A stretch of DNA of 22,336 nt from Myxococcales bacterium (GTDB taxonomy: Bacteria > Myxococcota > Myxococcia > Myxococcales > Anaeromyxobacteraceae): assembly GCA_038320275.1 (NCBI GenBank), contig JBBQEB010000054.1, positions 1 through 22,336 of the forward strand, read 5' to 3'. Positions 18,409 through 22,336 of this stretch are shown piece by piece (within the stretch, counting starts at the first letter, position 1; the number at the start of each line of letters is the position of its first letter). Under the pieces are notes generated by a model. It was given only the letters and a program-made list of their open reading frames with translations, ran no database searches and was not told where the DNA came from. The position numbers and the translations under genes are program-made.

Positions 18409-19166
18409 ACGCCATCCTGCTCGAGGCGGGAGAGCTGTCGCCGGGCGGTACCGCGCGCCTCTCGGGGCGCCGGGCGCAACACGTGCTCGAGGTGCTCCGG
18501 CCCGCGCTCGGCGAGAGCCTCCACGTCGGGCTCCTCGGCGGCAGGCTGGGCACGGGCGAGGTCCTCTCCCTGGCGGAAGGCGAGGTTCTCCTGCGCGTCG
18601 TGCTCGACGCGTCCCCTCCGCCCCGGGCGCCCGTCGACCTCCTCCTGGCGCTGCCCAGGCCCAAGGTGCTCCGCCGGGTGCTCCAGGCCGCGGCGGGCAT
18701 GGGGCTGGGCCGGGTGGTGCTCCTCGGCGCGTACCGCGTCGAGCGGAGCTACTGGTCCTCCCCTCTCCTCGGCCCCCAGGCGGTCGAGTCCGCGCTGCGC
18801 CTGGGGCTGGAGCAGGCGCGGGACACCGTGGCTCCCGAGATCAGCCTGCGCAGGCTCTTCAAGCCCTTCGTCGAGGACGAGCTGGAGGGGGCCTTTCCCG
18901 GCGCGCAGCGGCTCCTGGCGCATCCTGGCGCGCTCAGCCGGCTGGAGGGGCTCGCGCCTTCGTCCTCGCGCGCGGTCGTCGCCATCGGGCCCGAGGGCGG
19001 CTGGACGCCCTACGAGGCGTCCGAGCTCGAGCGGCGCGGCTTCGCGCCCTTCACCCTGGGTCCTCGGGCGCTGCGCGTGGAATGGGCGCTGCCATTCACC
19101 GTGGGTGCGGTGGAGGGCTGGCTTCGGGGCGCCCCAGCCCGGCCGCAACCTCCGGCGTCAGGGTGA
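18405..19166 (+). CDS. rsmE: 16S rRNA (uracil1498-N3)-methyltransferase, RsmE family
   Basis: GTG 18405 overlaps the aceK stop. LLLALPRPKVLRRVLQ, YRVERSYW, GLEQARDT, AIGPEGGWTPYE and LGPRALRVE. Confidence 0.9.
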   Translation: MNAILLEAGELSPGGTARLSGRRAQHVLEVLRPALGESLHVGLLGGRLGTGEVLSLAEGEVLLRVVLDASPPPRAPVDLLLALPRPKVLRRVLQAAAGMGLGRVVLLGAYRVERSYWSSPLLGPQAVESALRLGLEQARDTVAPEISLRRLFKPFVEDELEGAFPGAQRLLAHPGALSRLEGLAPSSSRAVVAIGPEGGWTPYEASELERRGFAPFTLGPRALRVEWALPFTVGAVEGWLRGAPARPQPPASG

Positions 19167-20097
19167 GGATCTCCGCGCCCGACCCTGTCACGACCACGGT
19201 GTGCTCGAACTGTGCGGAGCGCTTGCCGTCCACCGTCGCTGCCGTCCAGCCGTCCGCCCAGGTGACGTGCTCCGGCCGGCCCACGGTGAGCATGGGCTCC
19301 ACGGTGAAGACCATTCCCTCCTCCATGACCGTGCGCGCCCGCGGCTCGTGGTAGTGCAGGATCTGGGGATCCATGTGGAAGTCCTCGCCGATGCCGTGGC
19401 CGCAGAAGGCCCGCACCACGCCGTACCCGTGCGCCGCCGCGTGCTCCTCGATGGCGCGCCCGATGTCCGAGACGGGCCGGCCCGGACGCACCGCCGCGAT
19501 GCCCAGCTCCATCGCCTCGCGCGTGACGCGCACGAGCCGCCGCGAGGCCTCGTCCACCTCGCCCACGGGAAAGGTGGCGCTGCAGTCCCCGTGCATGCCG
19601 TCGAGGTAGATGGTGACGTCGAGGTTCACGATGTCCCCGTCCTCCAGCGCGCGCGAGTCGGGGATGCCGTGCAGGATCACCTCGTTGACGGAGGTGCAGA
19701 GCGACTTGGGGAACCCGCAATATCCGAGCGTGCTGGGGTAGCCGCCGCGGGCGATGTACGCCTCGTGCACGACGCGGTCGAGCTCGTCGGTGGTCACCCC
19801 GGCGCGAACCGCCCGGCCCCCTTCCGCCAGCACCTCGGCCGCGGCACGGCAGGCGCGCCGGATGCGGGCGAGGCGGTCCTCCCCGTCGGGCACCCGCGGC
19901 GACGGGCGGGGGCGACCGGACAGCGCGTAGTTGGGTCGGGTGATGTTCGGCGGCACGCTCCGGCGCGCAGAAACGGTGCCGGGCTTCACCGGCCGCACGG
20001 CGCCGGCCGGGGCCGGCGTCCCCCGATCGCGGTGGCACCGCTTGAACTTCTTGCCGCTCCCGCAGGGGCAGGAATCGTTGGGCCCGACCTTGTCCAC
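19096..20097 (-). CDS. map: Type I methionine aminopeptidase with an N-terminal SEC-C zinc motif
   Basis: GTG 20097 starts MDKVGPNDSCPCGSGKKFKRCH. Catalytic motifs FPKSLCTSVNEVILHGIP, DIVNLDVT, HGDCSATF, GHGIG, FTVEPM and SAQFEHT. Confidence 0.95.
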   Translation of the reverse strand: MDKVGPNDSCPCGSGKKFKRCHRDRGTPAPAGAVRPVKPGTVSARRSVPPNITRPNYALSGRPRPSPRVPDGEDRLARIRRACRAAAEVLAEGGRAVRAGVTTDELDRVVHEAYIARGGYPSTLGYCGFPKSLCTSVNEVILHGIPDSRALEDGDIVNLDVTIYLDGMHGDCSATFPVGEVDEASRRLVRVTREAMELGIAAVRPGRPVSDIGRAIEEHAAAHGYGVVRAFCGHGIGEDFHMDPQILHYHEPRARTVMEEGMVFTVEPMLTVGRPEHVTWADGWTAATVDGKRSAQFEHTVVVTGSGAEILTLTPEVAAGLGRPEASPPPHPR

Positions 20098-20249
20098 GCG
20101 ACTCAGCCTAACGCCGCCCGGAGGCCCGGGCCACCGACCGAGACACACTCGCGGGCCTCAGCGGCCGCGTGCGAGGAGTCGGGCCATCGGTCCTCTCGCG
20201 AGCCTCGCCTTGCTGGGCCAGGGCGGCCAGCGATAGGTTGCCGGCCCCC

Positions 20250-21794
20250 ATGCGCCGCGCGGCCCTCCTCGCCTTCCTGGCGCTCCTGTACCTGCCCGCC
20301 CTCGGCGACTCCGCGTCCGGCACGCATCCGGACGAGTCGTACTACCTGGGGATCAGCGCCGAGATGGATGCGCAGGGCGCCTGGCTCACGCCCACCCTCG
20401 ACGGGCAGGCGAAGTGGTTCAAGCCGCCCCTGCTCTACTGGGCCGAGCGGCTCGGCTACCGCCTCGTCGGGCGCGGGCTCCTGGGGGGAAGGCTTCCCGC
20501 CGCCCTGTCCGCCATGGGGCTCGCGCTCGTCACGGGCGCGCTGGCCCGGCGCATGTACGGCGAGCGCGCGGAAGTCCCGGCGGCGCTGCTCACCGCCGGG
20601 ACGTTCGGGATGGCGAAGTTCGGCCGCATGGCGATGATGGACGCTCCCTTCGCGCTCGCCTTCGCCGCCGCCGCCTACGGAGCCTGGCGCGCGGCCGAGG
20701 AGGAGCGGCCGGCGCAGGTCCTCTGGGCCGGCGTGGGCGCAGGAGCCGCCTTCATGCTCAAGGGGCCGGTGGGCGCCGTCATCGTGCTGCTCTTCACCGC
20801 GCCCTTCCTCGCGCTGCGGCGCCCCCGCCTCCTCGCCTCCCGGTACACGGCGGGCGCCTTCGCCCTGGGGGCGGCCATCGGCCTCCCGTGGTACGTGGCC
20901 AGCTTCGCCGTGCACGGGCGCCGCTTCTACGAGTTCTTCGTGGTGGAGCAGAACCTCGACCGCTTCCGCCACCCCTGGACGCTCTCCGGAGAGGCGACGC
21001 TGCTCGTCGGACTGCTGGTCTTCCTCCTGCCCTGGACGCTCCTCGTCCTGGCGGCGCTGCCCGGGGCGCTGCGGGCCTGGCGCGAGCCTCGGTTCATGCT
21101 GCCGCTTTTCTGGGCTGGAGCCGTCCTGCTGGTGTTCACCGTCCCGTCCCTCAAGTGGCCGCACTACGGGCTCGGCTGCGCGCCCGCTGCGGCGCTGCTC
21201 GCCGCGCAGGCCGCACCGCCGCGCTGGGCCCGGATCGGCACCGCCGCCTTGCTGCTCCTCCTCGCGCTGGCCGGGCTGCTGGCGATGGCGTGGCCGCTTC
21301 CCGGGGCGGCGGTGGCGTCCATCGCCGCTGCTTCCCTGGCCCTCGCCGCGGCCGCCTGGCTCGTGCTCCGGGAGCGGCGCACCGCGGGACTCGCCGCCGC
21401 CGGGGCCGGTCTCGCGCTCCTGCTCGCCTTCGCCATCCCCGCCGTGAATCCGGCGGTCATCCCAGCCCAGGCGCGGGCGCGGCTCGCCGGGCGGGACCTC
21501 TACGTCTACGACTTCGTGCCGGGCATCTTCACCCTCACCGCCGGACGACCGGTGCACCGGGTGGAGGGCCCCGCAGTGGAAGGTGCGCTCGCGCGCGGCG
21601 GCGTCGTCATCTTCGCGGCGCCCGGTCTGGCCCGGATGCCGGGGCCGCTCCGCGCCCGTCTCGCGCCCGTCGCCCGCTGGGAGCACATCCCCGGCTACCT
21701 GCCCGCGGGCGCGGTTCTGCGATCCTGGCGGGCGCGCGATCCGGCGGCGCTCCTCGAGCCGATGATGGCCATGGAGCTGCGCCGCGCGCCGTGA
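20250..21794 (+). CDS. ArnT/PMT_2-family (GT83-like, GT-C fold) membrane glycosyltransferase
   Basis: PDESYY, FKPPLLYW, LKGPVG, LPWY, LPWT and KWPHY motifs, with many hydrophobic helices. Confidence 0.88.
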   Translation: MRRAALLAFLALLYLPALGDSASGTHPDESYYLGISAEMDAQGAWLTPTLDGQAKWFKPPLLYWAERLGYRLVGRGLLGGRLPAALSAMGLALVTGALARRMYGERAEVPAALLTAGTFGMAKFGRMAMMDAPFALAFAAAAYGAWRAAEEERPAQVLWAGVGAGAAFMLKGPVGAVIVLLFTAPFLALRRPRLLASRYTAGAFALGAAIGLPWYVASFAVHGRRFYEFFVVEQNLDRFRHPWTLSGEATLLVGLLVFLLPWTLLVLAALPGALRAWREPRFMLPLFWAGAVLLVFTVPSLKWPHYGLGCAPAAALLAAQAAPPRWARIGTAALLLLLALAGLLAMAWPLPGAAVASIAAASLALAAAAWLVLRERRTAGLAAAGAGLALLLAFAIPAVNPAVIPAQARARLAGRDLYVYDFVPGIFTLTAGRPVHRVEGPAVEGALARGGVVIFAAPGLARMPGPLRARLAPVARWEHIPGYLPAGAVLRSWRARDPAALLEPMMAMELRRAP

Positions 21795-21824
21795 AGAGCC
21801 CGCGGAGAGCTCTCCTCCTCGAGC

Positions 21825-22336
21825 TCACCGAGCGCGCAGGGCGGCTCCGCCACCCTGGCCGGCGAGGTAGAACCGGTAGCTGCGCACCGCGCGTCCCGCG
21901 TGACGCGCGGTGAACCCGCCGCGCTCCTCCACCGCGCCTGCGAGCCGCTCCACCCCCGCCCGGTCGCGGGGCCCGAGCCCATCCGGCACCACCACCAGGA
22001 GCGGCCGGTCGTCGCCCGGCTCGGGCGCGTAATACGTGGGCGCGGAGGGGCGCTCCGACAGGTAGAGCAGCGGCTCACCGGCGTACCATCCCAGATGGCC
22101 GAGCGCCATCCAGTGCGTGGTGGCGAGCCGGGCGCCCGGGCTCGCTACACGGGCGGCCCCGACCACCTCGCTCCATCCGTACAGCTCGTCGATGGGCGAG
22201 CTTCCGAGCCGCGGCGCGAGCGCCACGGCTGCGACCACCGCCACGCTCATGGCGAGGCCCACGCCCACGGCGAGTCGAAAGCGCCTCATCGCGGAGACCA
22301 CTTGATCTGATCCCTGCTGCGGCGCACGCTGCCTGC
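21825..22336 (-). CDS. C-terminal part of a membrane protein, probably a GT39/PMT_2-like glycosyltransferase entering from the right edge
   Basis: The frame is open to the window edge. A TM helix is followed by ELYGW and a periplasmic-type tail (HWMALGHLGWY, LLVVVP). No catalytic motifs lie inside the window. Confidence 0.5.
   Translation of the reverse strand, partial: RQRAPQQGSDQVVSAMRRFRLAVGVGLAMSVAVVAAVALAPRLGSSPIDELYGWSEVVGAARVASPGARLATTHWMALGHLGWYAGEPLLYLSERPSAPTYYAPEPGDDRPLLVVVPDGLGPRDRAGVERLAGAVEERGGFTARHAGRAVRSYRFYLAGQGGGAALRAR

Noticed and set aside
15391..19166. 1001-aa (-) ORF and 849-aa (+, 16617..19166) ORF suggesting an AceK-RsmE fusion or frameshift
   Set aside because: aceK is complete in its own frame and rsmE starts at the GTGA overlap; the extensions are Arg/Gly-rich shadow translations.
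21804..21815. 12-bp palindrome GGAGAGCTCTCC between convergent genes
   Set aside because: It has no loop or U-tract and occurs once; too weak to call a terminator or operator.

Overview
Very GC-rich, gene-dense bacterial chromosome segment whose gene content and low-complexity repeats suggest a Myxococcota (Anaeromyxobacter-like) source; that assignment is inference. I see no mobile element, CRISPR array or RNA gene. About 22 genes are supportable. The left end (214-7326) is a cell-surface cluster: two candidate outer-membrane beta-barrel proteins, a lipoprotein, a large Ig-repeat lipoprotein and a convergent Cys-rich VWA lipoprotein. The rest holds a Tgt fused to an MnmC/MnmD-type methyltransferase, a three-gene alpha/beta-hydrolase operon, a ChaN lipoprotein, a METTL20-like methyltransferase, a secreted Gly/Ser/Met-rich protein, trmJ-like and HAD genes, aceK-rsmE, a SEC-C-tagged map and two GT-C glycosyltransferases. 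The best lead is the Tgt-methyltransferase fusion (7581-9599). It keeps the catalytic and preQ1-pocket residues, has lost basic tRNA-contacting residues, and is fused to a family that N-methylates aminomethyl groups, so it may make an N-methyl-preQ1-type RNA modification. All family calls come from motif recognition by eye; no searches were run.
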